Below, piece by piece: positions 15,220 to 25,399 of a stretch of DNA of 34,342 nt. The stretch lies in the IMG/VR virus record IMGVR_UViG_3300020045_003928, positions 1 through 34,342 of that record. One strand, 5' to 3'. Made by a program: the position numbers and the translations under genes. The stretch comes from a virus (taxonomy: Duplodnaviria; Caudoviricetes). How positions within the stretch are numbered: position 1 is the stretch's first letter; each line of letters begins with the position of its first letter. Below the pieces are notes generated by a model that was given only the letters and a program-made list of their open reading frames with translations, was not told where the DNA came from and made no database searches.

Positions 15220-17466
15220 TTATCCGACAATTGTAGGTTTAACTACCGTGCCATAATCGTAGGTAAATTTATATAAAATATCGGGTATTTCAGCAGAAAA
15301 CAACTCTAATAATTTAAAGTCTGTTATGTTATTTTTCGTGTCGTATGAATACTCAATAGGAAAAAATCTACCTTCAATATTATTAATGTCTATATATGAA
15401 AAATAAGACATAAAACCAAATGCAGAACCTTTAAATACTTTTAATGGTTTTTGAGCTATTCTTAACTCTTCCTCTGCCGCTATTCTTAAAAGTGGATAGT
15501 TTTCAAAGCTTCCGCTTCTTGACCATGTTTGAGTCGGTGTTATTCCATCTTCTTTAAATATAGCCCCTAAATAAACAATTCCTGCATTGTCACCGTTAGC
15601 TACCGATTTATTTTCTTTTACAATTGAACTTACCTTTTTAGTTCGTGAAACTGTATGAAATTCACCTATCACGCTATCGCCTGCAAAAGTATTAATCAAA
15701 TCCAAATTTGAAATTTCAGCCATTGTAGCATTTAATGGGTTTTGTAACAAAGTCCCTGATTTAGCTACATAAACTTCCACAAAAACGCTTCCATCATTAG
15801 GTAAAGGCAAAGAAGGAATGTCGTATGTTTTGGTAATTACTCCACCGCTCGCTTGTTCTGTTCCGAATATTTGAGGTTGTACATAAGCAAATGAAACGCT
15901 ATCTAAAACCCAAACTCCGTTCACGTCCATAGAATACAAACCGTGTCTAATTCTAAAGAAAAAACGTGTGCTACCATTAGCTTTTACCGTTACTTTAAAA
16001 TTAAAAGTGTCGTTTTTGTTTAATAAAATAGAATCAGATGTTGCTAATAATTTAATAGGACTTGATGGAGTTGTATCTGGAGTCATTTTAAAACCCGAAT
16101 CGTCCAACGGGTCGTTAATTAAGTATGAAAAATTAGTTTCGTTAATATCCCAACCTGCATAATTTAAAGAATTATCATGAATTAATAAGCTATTAGGAAA
16201 TAACCCACTAACAAATCCATATTTGTATCCTAATCTAAAAGCAGAAACGCCTCCTTTTATTTCAATTCTTTGATTTCCTGAGCAATGATGAGGGTAAAAG
16301 TTGTCAATTTGCGAACCTAAAACTTTGTTTAAATTAATGGTTTTATTGCCTAAATAAACATTATCAATATCATAGCGTCTAAATAATACATAAGGATTTT
16401 TATATATTTCGTTCGCCTTATAAATGTACCATTCCCCGTTTTCTTGTGTTATACAAGCGCAAAATATGTCTAAAACTGACTTTAAAACCTCCTCACAACT
16501 CATTAAAGTACCATCGCCTGTTGATTGACTATCATTTTTAAAGAAACGGTCGGCATTTAATTGTATTTTTGTTAAAATATCTAAATTATCGCTTGGAGTC
16601 AATCCATCGTAAAGTGTGTTAATTGATGTGTTTATGGGCAATAAAATACCAGTTCTTTTTAAGCAATAGTAAATGATATCGCTTGCTTTCATTTTTCCAA
16701 CAAAACGCAAACCATTATCTTTTACAAATGACAAGTTAGATAAAGCACCTAATCCATCTACGCAATCTAAATTTAACACCCATGCATCACGCACAAATGA
16801 TTGGTAAATACCATCAGGTTTTAGAAAACCTCTAAATATTATTTTGTTGTTTTTATAGAATTTAACCGTAAAATCTTGCTCATCTTGTGTATATAAATCT
16901 TCCAAAGTAATATTTAAATCAGCTTCTAATTCCAAAGACAAACCAGTTCCTCGAATACTATCTAAATGGTCAGAAACACTCCCTTTTTCAAGTATAGCTT
17001 TGCCTTGAATTTCTAATGAATCGCCTAAATAATACTTCTTAAATATTTGACATAAAAAAGTATCGTTAACGTTATTTGTGTACTGAAAATAGTATCTAAG
17101 ATTTAGATTTTCGTTATCAGAAACAAGCTCGGCAATTACGCTTATATTAGCGTTTAATGCTCCGATTGATACGGTTATATCATCAGCTAAAATAAGCATC
17201 TCTATTGTATCATTTATACGTTTATAAGAGATAAAATCAGCAGTCCAATTAGCAATAAGAAAAGCCAATGTTTTGTTTATCGTATCGTTTAAGTTATCCT
17301 GTAATTGTATTTTATTAGGTATTGTGTCAGTAGTGTCGTAATCGATACTCATGTAAACCCCACCTGAATTATAAACAATAGCTAAATCATTTACTAAAAT
17401 ACCTAAATTTAAAGCAGTTCCCAAAATGGGATTGTCTGTAAACGATATGATTATTCTTTTTGCCAT
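15220..17466 (-). CDS. Tail tip / baseplate hub protein
   Basis: 748 aa after the tape measure; FRGFL...CVDGLGAL...QENGEWYI motifs. Confidence 0.7.
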   Translation of the reverse strand: MAKRIIISFTDNPILGTALNLGILVNDLAIVYNSGGVYMSIDYDTTDTIPNKIQLQDNLNDTINKTLAFLIANWTADFISYKRINDTIEMLILADDITVSIGALNANISVIAELVSDNENLNLRYYFQYTNNVNDTFLCQIFKKYYLGDSLEIQGKAILEKGSVSDHLDSIRGTGLSLELEADLNITLEDLYTQDEQDFTVKFYKNNKIIFRGFLKPDGIYQSFVRDAWVLNLDCVDGLGALSNLSFVKDNGLRFVGKMKASDIIYYCLKRTGILLPINTSINTLYDGLTPSDNLDILTKIQLNADRFFKNDSQSTGDGTLMSCEEVLKSVLDIFCACITQENGEWYIYKANEIYKNPYVLFRRYDIDNVYLGNKTINLNKVLGSQIDNFYPHHCSGNQRIEIKGGVSAFRLGYKYGFVSGLFPNSLLIHDNSLNYAGWDINETNFSYLINDPLDDSGFKMTPDTTPSSPIKLLATSDSILLNKNDTFNFKVTVKANGSTRFFFRIRHGLYSMDVNGVWVLDSVSFAYVQPQIFGTEQASGGVITKTYDIPSLPLPNDGSVFVEVYVAKSGTLLQNPLNATMAEISNLDLINTFAGDSVIGEFHTVSRTKKVSSIVKENKSVANGDNAGIVYLGAIFKEDGITPTQTWSRSGSFENYPLLRIAAEEELRIAQKPLKVFKGSAFGFMSYFSYIDINNIEGRFFPIEYSYDTKNNITDFKLLELFSAEIPDILYKFTYDYGTVVKPTIVG

Positions 17467-17470
17467 TTTA

Positions 17471-17478
17471 CAAATATA
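17471..17478 (-). promoter_or_regulatory. TATATTTG 4 nt upstream of ATG (leaderless candidate)
   Basis: TATATTTG-TAAA-ATG. Confidence 0.6.
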
Positions 17479-17485
17479 ATGATTT

Positions 17486-19291
17486 TTAACCTAAACTTAT
17501 AGCGCCACCTAATCGTTTATTTTTATCTAAAGTATTAGAAAGTACGCCTATTAATGATTGACCGCTTATTTCAAATACAACTGTACCACCCGTAAATCCT
17601 GAACTTCCTGAACTTGAAGTTGATGATGTAGGACTCGAAACGCTTGCACCTGTTGAAACCGAACCAGAACTACTACCTCCTTTTGCTTTTGCTCCAATTG
17701 CTCCACCTATTGCTTTTAAAGCTATTCCTACCCCAATAGCAGCAATACCCGCAACAATAGCAGCAGGACCACCCGTAGCAATAGCTAAATCTAACTGACC
17801 CTTAACGACTGCTAAAGTCCCGTATTGAATAAGCATACCCCCCATGTCGGATAAAAACTTACCTAAACTTTGCAATAAAGTATTTCCTATTGCTCCAAGC
17901 ACGTTACCACCAGTCGCTAATGCTTCGCCGATAGAAGTTCCTAATTGTCCGAACGTGTCTGCTAAACTTCCAGTTATTAAAGCGTTTAAATCTTCATTTA
18001 ATTGCTTTAAGTTTTCCAACATATACAAACCGCTTGTGTCAAAATTGGTTCGTATATTACCCATCGATGTAGCAATAACACCCTCAGCGCCTTGAACGTT
18101 TTTAGCTATTTCTAAAACTTTGCCACTTGTTTCTACTAATCCAGCAGGTTCAATACTCGAAGTTAAACCACTAACCTGTGGAGTTGAGCCTATTGGTTTG
18201 GCTTTTGGTGTTTTTGGAGTCGTTAAGGGTTCGGCTATTACTCCACTGGCTTTTTTAGAAGCCATGTTTATTATATTCTGTCCTCTTTCAACTTCTTTAT
18301 TAAACTTTAAAACTTCTTCCCTTGCATTTTTAACTCTTTCGCTTGCTCTGTCTACCGCACTTGCGTAAAATTGAACCGATTGTGATTTGCTCGGGTCTTT
18401 TGCTACTAAATTAAAATCGGCTTCAGCTTTTGCGAGTTCTTCTTTTCCTTTTACTAATTTAGCGTTTGCTTGCCATAACTTTACAGTTGATTCGGCAGTA
18501 GTACCTGCAAACTTTTCGGCAATAGCCTTATTAACTAACGCTTGTGTAAGTTCATTAACAACTCCTGTTAAATTACCATACATTATTTTTTCAGTACTTA
18601 AATTACCGAAATAATTAGGGTATTGTTTTTGTATTTGGTCGATTATCTCTAATCTTCTTGTTTTAGATTGATTTTCGTCCTGCGCAATAGCAATCAATCC
18701 TTTTAAAGATGATATTTGTTCGGCAGCGGACTTCTTGGCTTCTTCTGTTACGGTTTTAAATGAATTTCCTAATGCATCAAAATCACCCGTTATTTTACCT
18801 ACAACATCGCTAATTGATAAGCCACTTTGAGCAAACAAAGTAAATGCGGTAGTTACTAACGAAATACCTAATAAAATACCGCCTGAACCCATTAAAGAAC
18901 TTGCCAATGCTTTTAATGCTCCACCTGTTGAACCTGTTTGATTTTTAAGATGTGTAAATGCTTCGGCAGTAGCAGTTAAGTTGTTTCCTATACCTATAAT
19001 GCCATAAGGGGCATCTTGAGCAATACGAGAAAATTGCATTAAAGCATTCCCTCCGTTTGCTACTTTTGGAGTCATAGCAGAAAACGAACTACCAGTAGTT
19101 TTAACCGACTCTTTTAAATCGGTTAATTTATTTTTAGTTGAAGTAATTTGTTTATCTAAATCAGAAGTGTCTAACCCTAATTTAGTCTTTTTTACTTTTA
19201 AATCCCCTAACCTTTTTAATTTCGCTTCGGCTGCTGCTAATTCTGAATTTAATTCTGAACTATCCGCCCCAATCTGTACTTCTAATGCCAT
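17486..19291 (-). CDS. Tape measure protein
   Basis: 601 aa, Ala/Gly-rich and helical, FSRIAQDAPYG motif; follows the chaperone pair. Confidence 0.85.
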   Translation of the reverse strand: MALEVQIGADSSELNSELAAAEAKLKRLGDLKVKKTKLGLDTSDLDKQITSTKNKLTDLKESVKTTGSSFSAMTPKVANGGNALMQFSRIAQDAPYGIIGIGNNLTATAEAFTHLKNQTGSTGGALKALASSLMGSGGILLGISLVTTAFTLFAQSGLSISDVVGKITGDFDALGNSFKTVTEEAKKSAAEQISSLKGLIAIAQDENQSKTRRLEIIDQIQKQYPNYFGNLSTEKIMYGNLTGVVNELTQALVNKAIAEKFAGTTAESTVKLWQANAKLVKGKEELAKAEADFNLVAKDPSKSQSVQFYASAVDRASERVKNAREEVLKFNKEVERGQNIINMASKKASGVIAEPLTTPKTPKAKPIGSTPQVSGLTSSIEPAGLVETSGKVLEIAKNVQGAEGVIATSMGNIRTNFDTSGLYMLENLKQLNEDLNALITGSLADTFGQLGTSIGEALATGGNVLGAIGNTLLQSLGKFLSDMGGMLIQYGTLAVVKGQLDLAIATGGPAAIVAGIAAIGVGIALKAIGGAIGAKAKGGSSSGSVSTGASVSSPTSSTSSSGSSGFTGGTVVFEISGQSLIGVLSNTLDKNKRLGGAISLG

Positions 19292-19637
19292 TTTGTTTGA
19301 TTTAGGTATTTTTGATACTCCTCTATAAATCTTTGTTTTTGTTCTTCACTAACCCCTTTATTAGCAATTTTACCACCTGATAAATCCATAAATTTATCCA
19401 TTGTTTTTGGCAATTTCTTATAATCCTGATAAGGCGCAATTAATGCATTATAAGCAACTAACCTGTATTTTTTCCAATCTTCTAACTGCATACGTTTATA
19501 AGCAAAAAGGCGAATTTGGAATTCCGCAAAGGTCATGTCATAAACATCACTCAATCGCATAATTCCAAGTTCGCCACAAGCAAAGGAAATGACATCTTTT
19601 TTAAAGTCTATTTCGACACTGCTTTCACTTTTTTTTT
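19282..19637 (-). CDS. Tail assembly chaperone GT extension reached by -1 frameshift
   Basis: -1 frame is open from the A9 run (19629-19637) through SESSVEIDFKKDVISFACGELGI into MRLSDVYDM. Confidence 0.75.
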
Positions 19638-19940
19638 ATCTTCAACTGGTACATCTTTAAACATTGATTCATTAAAAGCTATTTTAAAATCAAACCAAAA
19701 TTTACCCCCAATACCTCCGTTTTCATCGATTAAATCGTTAATATCGTACATTGTGAAGTCAATCTCTTTATCTTCTCTTTTGTAAGCGTATAAACGAGAA
19801 TAATACATGATTTTAGGCATTAAAACCTCATCTGTTTGCGCTCCTAATTCTTCAAGTTTTAAACCTGTTCCGTTTAGCAACTCGTTTAAAAAACCTATTC
19901 CAAAATGGAAATCAATTCCAAGTAAATTCCTTTTATTCAT
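19608..19940 (-). CDS. Tail assembly chaperone G
   Basis: Position before the tape measure; ends EDKKKVKAVSK at the slippery site. Confidence 0.75.
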   Translation of the reverse strand: MNKRNLLGIDFHFGIGFLNELLNGTGLKLEELGAQTDEVLMPKIMYYSRLYAYKREDKEIDFTMYDINDLIDENGGIGGKFWFDFKIAFNESMFKDVPVEDKKKVKAVSK

Positions 19941-19949
19941 AATTATTTT

Positions 19950-20384
19950 TTAGATTAATTCTGCTTTCCAATAGCCCTCTGTTTCAAATCCTACATAAAT
20001 AAATCTATACATTTGATTTGTGGTTAAAACTACGTTTTGCGTGAACGTTCCAAAGGTTGTAAACATTTTATTTGTATTAGCTACATTAGCTCTAATTACT
20101 ATATTATTAGCAACTGCAATAGCGTATATTTCACGACCTATAACATCGGTAGCAGGTAAATAAGCAATGCCGCCAGCAAAACTACACGAGTTCATGTCGT
20201 ATGGCAATACTTGTGGCGTTAGACTTAAATCAATACTACCGGCTGTTTTAATAGGTGATTGCTGGTCTATATAATCAACAACCGCTTTTAAATTACCTCC
20301 CACATCAGCAGGCGAAATACTATTAGGTAAAGTTTCGTTTGTGACTTGGCTATCTATTTGAGCCTTTAATGCTGTATTAGTCAT
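19950..20384 (-). CDS. Putative tail decoration / accessory fibre protein
   Basis: Inserted between tail tube and chaperone; helical N-terminus plus beta-rich C-domain. Confidence 0.55.
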   Translation of the reverse strand: MTNTALKAQIDSQVTNETLPNSISPADVGGNLKAVVDYIDQQSPIKTAGSIDLSLTPQVLPYDMNSCSFAGGIAYLPATDVIGREIYAIAVANNIVIRANVANTNKMFTTFGTFTQNVVLTTNQMYRFIYVGFETEGYWKAELI

Positions 20385-20441
20385 CTTTATTATTTATTAA
20401 AGTCCGAATTGATTAGTAAATTGTTCTGTAAAAACTGAACT

Positions 20442-20882
20442 TCACGCTTCAGGGTCAATTGTTACAACAGCCCCACTGCCTTGAATAGATAATGAAAAAG
20501 TACTTAGTTCATCCCCAGCTCCTTGGTCTAATGGCAAATCTACAATTATACCAGTTCCGTAATAAACCGCTCCTGTTACGCCTGTATCTAATTTCCATGT
20601 TATTGGTAATTTAGCTACCATTTTAGTAAATAAATAATCATGTGATGCTTTTGTAGTTTCACCGCCTATTGAAGTTGTATCGATATACTCACCTTCAGCA
20701 TCTAAAGTATATGTAAAAGTTCCAGCCTGCGTAATAGTTACACCTGGATTACACTTTGTGTTAGACTCAATAACCGAAACGCTCGGACTGAAACTTGTTG
20801 ATGTTGCACATGAAACTGGTCTATAAATAGTTCCATCATGTACATAAAGAATTCCTAATTCTCCCTTAATTGGTAATGCCAT
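20442..20882 (-). CDS. Major tail tube protein
   Basis: Canonical position after the tail terminator; ESNTKC...FSLSIQGSG pattern. Confidence 0.8.
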   Translation of the reverse strand: MALPIKGELGILYVHDGTIYRPVSCATSTSFSPSVSVIESNTKCNPGVTITQAGTFTYTLDAEGEYIDTTSIGGETTKASHDYLFTKMVAKLPITWKLDTGVTGAVYYGTGIIVDLPLDQGAGDELSTFSLSIQGSGAVVTIDPEA

Positions 20883-20888
20883 AGTATT

Positions 20889-21317
20889 TTATATTAATGT
20901 TAAATTTAATCTCAAAAATGAACGGAATATATTTTCCGTATCTGTTACTGTTTCTAATTGTTGCTCAAATGTTATGTTTTGAGTCAAATTTGTAAATCCT
21001 GAAATTGTTAATTTAGGACTTAATAATGTGTAAATAGCTTGTTCAATATCGTTTAATAACACCCTACTGCCACTATTTCCTGCACTTGATGTTTTAGTAT
21101 ATATTTCAATTAATAACGAAGTAGTCCACCTATAATCACATTTTGTGCTCTTTTCAATCTCTTTTGTTTGCACTGTAAATAATACATACTCCTTTAAATC
21201 CGCATTTCCACTTACTCTACTATCAAAACAATTTATGATTTTGCTACTAACAACAATGTTATTAATTTGGTCGTAAACCGCTTTTCTAATGAATTTATCA
21301 GGATTAATATTTACCAT
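20889..21317 (-). CDS. Tail terminator / completion protein
   Basis: Synteny and size (142 aa). Confidence 0.65.
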   Translation of the reverse strand: MVNINPDKFIRKAVYDQINNIVVSSKIINCFDSRVSGNADLKEYVLFTVQTKEIEKSTKCDYRWTTSLLIEIYTKTSSAGNSGSRVLLNDIEQAIYTLLSPKLTISGFTNLTQNITFEQQLETVTDTENIFRSFLRLNLTLI

Positions 21318-21321
21318 ATGT

Positions 21322-21329
21322 CAAAAATA
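21322..21329 (-). promoter_or_regulatory. TATTTTTG 4 nt upstream of ATG (leaderless candidate)
   Basis: TATTTTTG-ACAT-ATG. Confidence 0.55.
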
Positions 21330-21845
21330 CTAAATTTTTTTATTAAATTGCTTAACTAATTTTGATAAATTGTTTAAATATTCTCTTTTGCCTTTAATAT
21401 AAGCAGGATATAAAAAAGGTTGTGGATTAATACCAGCTCCTAATATCTTTGCAAATATTGGATAAGCTGCTTTTTCATCAATTCCTTTTGCTCTACACCA
21501 TATTTTTATAGCTTCCAATCCATCTTTAAAAGAACCGCTTTTTTGATTCTTAAATGAATTTGCCATGTCTTTAAATTCAGCTGGTATATTTACTTTTTTA
21601 CCAGTTCCGAACTCCATATAAGCACCGTATTTTTCATTCACGGTTACTTTGTAATTTGACATTTTAACTTTTGAATTTGAAATACTTTGCGCTAATTTAC
21701 CAAAGTTTTTAGGCGCTAAATTCTTTGCATCATTTTCAATTTGAAATGCAATAGCTTCAGTTTCTGCATCAATTAAAAACTCAGCATCTTTGCCAAATTT
21801 ACGCAATTCTTTTATCGTTTCATTTATTCCTTTAACCAGTGCCAT
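21330..21845 (-). CDS. HK97-gp10 family tail component
   Basis: AKNLAP...G.L..SI, YMEFGTG, PQPFLYPA motifs. Confidence 0.85.
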   Translation of the reverse strand: MALVKGINETIKELRKFGKDAEFLIDAETEAIAFQIENDAKNLAPKNFGKLAQSISNSKVKMSNYKVTVNEKYGAYMEFGTGKKVNIPAEFKDMANSFKNQKSGSFKDGLEAIKIWCRAKGIDEKAAYPIFAKILGAGINPQPFLYPAYIKGKREYLNNLSKLVKQFNKKI

Positions 21846-22158
21846 TAGCCGTGATATTTACAAATCTGAATAACTCATCATCGTATCTAATGTCATTAAC
21901 TACATACTTAGAACCTTTATAAATAATACTTAGATTGTCAATATCAGGTATTAATACCGAATTTGCTCTTATCTTAAATGAATAATTGTTTTTAATATCG
22001 GATTTACCAATAGAATTGTCTTTAAAAGAACTATTTTGCTTTACTTCAGCCCAATACGAACCGATTAGAACGTCGGTTACGGTATTACCCCCGTATTCAT
22101 CGGAAACGTTAGTAGTTTTGTAAATAGCTATCTTTCGAGTGTATTGTCTTGAAATCAT
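21832..22158 (-). CDS. Head-tail adaptor / head closure protein
   Basis: DEYGG...WAEVK...FKIR pattern; synteny. Confidence 0.8.
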   Translation of the reverse strand: MISRQYTRKIAIYKTTNVSDEYGGNTVTDVLIGSYWAEVKQNSSFKDNSIGKSDIKNNYSFKIRANSVLIPDIDNLSIIYKGSKYVVNDIRYDDELFRFVNITANGTG

Positions 22159-22604
22159 TATAAAAATCTTCTATAAATGTCTACTGCTTCTTTTACTGAT
22201 TCTGGTATTAATGTGCTGTTTACTTGTTTTTCAGATTCATAATAAAATACTTTAATCATTTGTAAAGCACTTTGTATTAACTCATCAGGTACGTCACCGA
22301 TTGCATAACCAACATTTAACGTAACCGTTTTGTCGTTTGGAAATACTGCAAAAGTAGAGTAATAAACAACAAAAGGCTCTGATGGTAGTGTTATAGAGTT
22401 AATCGGATAATCATATACTTTAACTTGACAAGTTCCGTTATAAACTACTTCACGTTCAAACATTATGTGATTAGTTCTTTTTTCTATATAGCGTAAAGAC
22501 GCATTTATCATCGAAGTTATTTCGTTATCATCATCGGTTAAATCCAAATCAATACGTAAATAATTCTTTGCACGTTCTAATGTTATTACGTCTAAATAAC
22601 TCAT
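22158..22604 (-). CDS. Head-tail connector (HK97 gp6 / SPP1 gp15-like)
   Basis: TLERAKNYLRID...DDNEI...VPDELIQSAL motifs. Confidence 0.85.
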   Translation of the reverse strand: MSYLDVITLERAKNYLRIDLDLTDDDNEITSMINASLRYIEKRTNHIMFEREVVYNGTCQVKVYDYPINSITLPSEPFVVYYSTFAVFPNDKTVTLNVGYAIGDVPDELIQSALQMIKVFYYESEKQVNSTLIPESVKEAVDIYRRFL

Positions 22605-22750
22605 TATTTCTTAACTTCTTTTTTAATTTCCTTAACGTATATATCCATCGCCTTAGCGTCTAAATCTGACAATTCAATAGTGTCATCAATATAGTAGTTT
22701 TTTTGCTCTGACAACTTGAAAAAAGGCTTAACAACTTTATATTTTTTCAT
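22604..22750 (-). CDS. 48-aa small protein after the capsid gene
   Basis: Hand-translated MKKYKVVKPFFKLSEQKNYYIDDTIELS...; own promoter at 22770-22777; TAATG overlap. Confidence 0.65.
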   Translation of the reverse strand: MKKYKVVKPFFKLSEQKNYYIDDTIELSDLDAKAMDIYVKEIKKEVKK

Positions 22751-22769
22751 TTCTAAAATGTTTTATTTA

Positions 22770-22811
22770 CAAATATAATAAAAAACCCTTTACAATTAAG
22801 CAAAGGGTTTT
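22770..22811 (-). terminator. Terminator after the capsid gene (22781-22811), followed by promoter TATATTTG (22770-22777)
   Basis: AAAACCCTTT...AAAGGGTTTT inverted repeat. Confidence 0.8.
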
Positions 22812-22834
22812 AAAACTAACTAAAATATTTAAAC

Positions 22835-23971
22835 TTAAGCGATTGCCGTAAAGTCTCCATAGATTAACGCTGCAGGCTGTTCAACTGCCAAACCTACTTG
22901 AGCCTCGATACGTGCTGTAATGTTGTTAGTTACAAAGTTTGTACCTTCGGTTTCTGAAAACTCCAAAGAAAGGCCTTCGGTTACAATTTTGTTAACTCTT
23001 GACCAATCACCAACATAGTATTTGTTAGCAGCCAACCAATTCGCTTTAAAGATTGGGATTCCGTTGATGCGCAATTGACCACTCTCAAGAGTTACAATTC
23101 CCGGCAAACCATATCCTGCTCCTGTTGATTTTTCCGTTTTCAAGATATCCCAATAATCAGCAGGTCTTACAACGATTCCATTAACTGGGTAGTTTGCTCC
23201 TTCTTGTGTTGCAATTTCATTCAACAACATTTCAATTTTGTTTTTACCCGTAATGATTTGAGCTGAAGCCGTAGCTGCACCTGCTAAAACAGTATTAAAA
23301 ATTGAGTTCTCAGCGATTGCGTAATCTCTACGTAAAGCGTTAGGAATGAATGAAGTTAAGAAAGGCAAGTTGTTTGCCATTTTTTTACTATAACGAGTAA
23401 AACCAGCAATAAAGTTAGTAGCTAAATCTACCATTGTGAAATCGTAATCTCTTTGAGATTTAGAACTTCCTTCAGTTTGAGCAGCAATCGAACCTTCACC
23501 TGCTCCCTCACGTGGGTAAGTATAAGTTCCGCCTGAAATATTAACAGAACCTACCAAATCAGAAACGTTAACCATTTGTCCCGGAATCATAACAACGTTT
23601 AAGTTGTAATCTCTCGGGGCGTCACCTGTTAAGTTTGCTAATGTCATGTTTCCAACCGTTTTTACTTGCAAAGCATTTCCTTTTCTTACTTCAGAAATTC
23701 CTTTAAAGTTTTCAGTAATAGATTTTACTAACAAATCTTCATTTTTCACTTCGATTGCATTTGCTTTAAATTTAACATCTAATTTGTCAGCGTGTGCCTG
23801 AATAGCTGTTAAATCTGCTTTTAATGCCAATACATCGGCATCTTTTTCAGCTTTCATTTTTGTTTCTAAGGCTTCAATAAGTCCTTTTACTTCGATTGTT
23901 TGCTCGGTTGCTTTTGTTTCAACTTGTGCTTTGATGCCTTCTAAGGCGTTTTTAATTTCTAATGCTTCCAT
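22835..23971 (-). CDS. Major capsid protein, HK97 fold
   Basis: N-terminal coiled-coil delta domain; EGSSK, YYVGDW, NFVTNNITARIE motifs. Confidence 0.93.
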   Translation of the reverse strand: MEALEIKNALEGIKAQVETKATEQTIEVKGLIEALETKMKAEKDADVLALKADLTAIQAHADKLDVKFKANAIEVKNEDLLVKSITENFKGISEVRKGNALQVKTVGNMTLANLTGDAPRDYNLNVVMIPGQMVNVSDLVGSVNISGGTYTYPREGAGEGSIAAQTEGSSKSQRDYDFTMVDLATNFIAGFTRYSKKMANNLPFLTSFIPNALRRDYAIAENSIFNTVLAGAATASAQIITGKNKIEMLLNEIATQEGANYPVNGIVVRPADYWDILKTEKSTGAGYGLPGIVTLESGQLRINGIPIFKANWLAANKYYVGDWSRVNKIVTEGLSLEFSETEGTNFVTNNITARIEAQVGLAVEQPAALIYGDFTAIA

Positions 23972-23985
23972 TTTTGTTTTTGTGT

Positions 23986-24630
23986 TTAAAGTTTGAATGA
24001 TTTTAACGATTCTAATATAAGCGGCTGTTCATTCAAAGTGTCAGTTTCTGACGGCTCATTTGATAGTGCTTTTAATAATGTTTCAATTTGTCTTAATCTA
24101 TTGTCAGAATAGTCCAAATTATATGATTTTTCTATTAATTCTAAAATGCCATACGTAGATTTTATTGCTTTTATTCCTTGCACAGTAGATAATTCATTTG
24201 CCCCCCATGAGGACAAAAACGAATATTCCATTAACTTATATTCGTTAATTATGCTTTTGTTCTTTTGGTCACGTTGCATTACTCTATAACCTATACTTAA
24301 TTCTGCATTTAAGTTGTTTTCATGCATTAATTTCACGTCAGTAAACATATCCTTACCTAATGGTTTGTTCATGTTAAATTGAGTCGTTGTAAGCAACCCG
24401 TAAGTGTCTTTAGTGTCAATAGTCAAAGGAACACCAATCATCATGGTTGGGTTATGGTCTTTTAACACTCGAATACGTTTAAAGTTCTCATTTACCGTCT
24501 TTTCAAACGACCCAAACGCAGAAATATCCCCGTCGGAGTCTTTGAAATTATATGCATTAGCATAAGCAGTGATAACCCCTTTTTGTTCGTCTAATTCTTT
24601 TAAATCGTACGATAACTGTTTAAATTCCAT
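23986..24630 (-). CDS. HK97-family prohead protease
   Basis: DSDGD...LKDH...LSIGY...LMEYS..WGAN. Confidence 0.92.
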   Translation of the reverse strand: MEFKQLSYDLKELDEQKGVITAYANAYNFKDSDGDISAFGSFEKTVNENFKRIRVLKDHNPTMMIGVPLTIDTKDTYGLLTTTQFNMNKPLGKDMFTDVKLMHENNLNAELSIGYRVMQRDQKNKSIINEYKLMEYSFLSSWGANELSTVQGIKAIKSTYGILELIEKSYNLDYSDNRLRQIETLLKALSNEPSETDTLNEQPLILESLKSFKL

Positions 24631-24631
24631 A

Positions 24632-25399
24632 TTATGCCTTATTTTTTAATATTAACATTCCGTTAGCATCACGCTTTGGAATAAACCCTATTGTACACCT
24701 GCAATTAATAACCTCGTTAGGTGGTGCTTTTGTATCGCCTGGATAATCTAATTTCGCACCACTTGCCATTATAAATGGTTCATCTAATTCTACTATTTGC
24801 CCATTCTCTATGAAATGGTCTAAACGTGTTCTATCGTCTTGTGCGCTTATCCACTTCTTAGTCATTACTAAGTTGCTTTGTCTTGCTGTCTCAATAGCGG
24901 CCAAACCGCTTGCACTCGTTGTTTCTGTTCTTGCTATTCTTAAGGCTTGCCATTTATAAAATGTACCTGATTTTTTGGCTATGTTATAAATCGCATTCTG
25001 TATTTCAATTACCGTTGCATTCTCTTTTAAAGATTCTTTTATAGCTAAAATCAATGATTCAATTAACGTATTTCTAACAGAAACAATCTTTACACCTCCC
25101 TCATTAGACAAAAATAACAAAATTTGTTCTAATAATACATCATTGAATAAAATATTTGCTTTTTGGACTTTTTCTAACTCTTTGTTGATTCTATTTCCGT
25201 AATTCAATCCGATAGTTGAATATATCTCGATAAACATTTTCTTAATTTGTTCATCTGTTATATTTGCGTTAATTAAATACTCGTACGTATTTAAACTTGC
25301 ATTATTTATCGGAATACCTTGTAATATAGCCTTAACGTTTTTTTGAACAATCCTATACGCTTTTCGTTCGTATAGCGATTGAAGTTTAAGCCACTCCAT
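24632..25399 (-). CDS. Minor head protein (MuF / SPP1 gp7 family), short form
   Basis: IARTET, KKW...DDRTR..H, YPGD...NCRC motifs. Confidence 0.9.
   Translation of the reverse strand: MEWLKLQSLYERKAYRIVQKNVKAILQGIPINNASLNTYEYLINANITDEQIKKMFIEIYSTIGLNYGNRINKELEKVQKANILFNDVLLEQILLFLSNEGGVKIVSVRNTLIESLILAIKESLKENATVIEIQNAIYNIAKKSGTFYKWQALRIARTETTSASGLAAIETARQSNLVMTKKWISAQDDRTRLDHFIENGQIVELDEPFIMASGAKLDYPGDTKAPPNEVINCRCTIGFIPKRDANGMLILKNKA

Noticed and set aside
24632-25399. MuF polymorphic toxin
   Set aside because: The protein ends shortly after NCRC, with no toxin extension or immunity gene.
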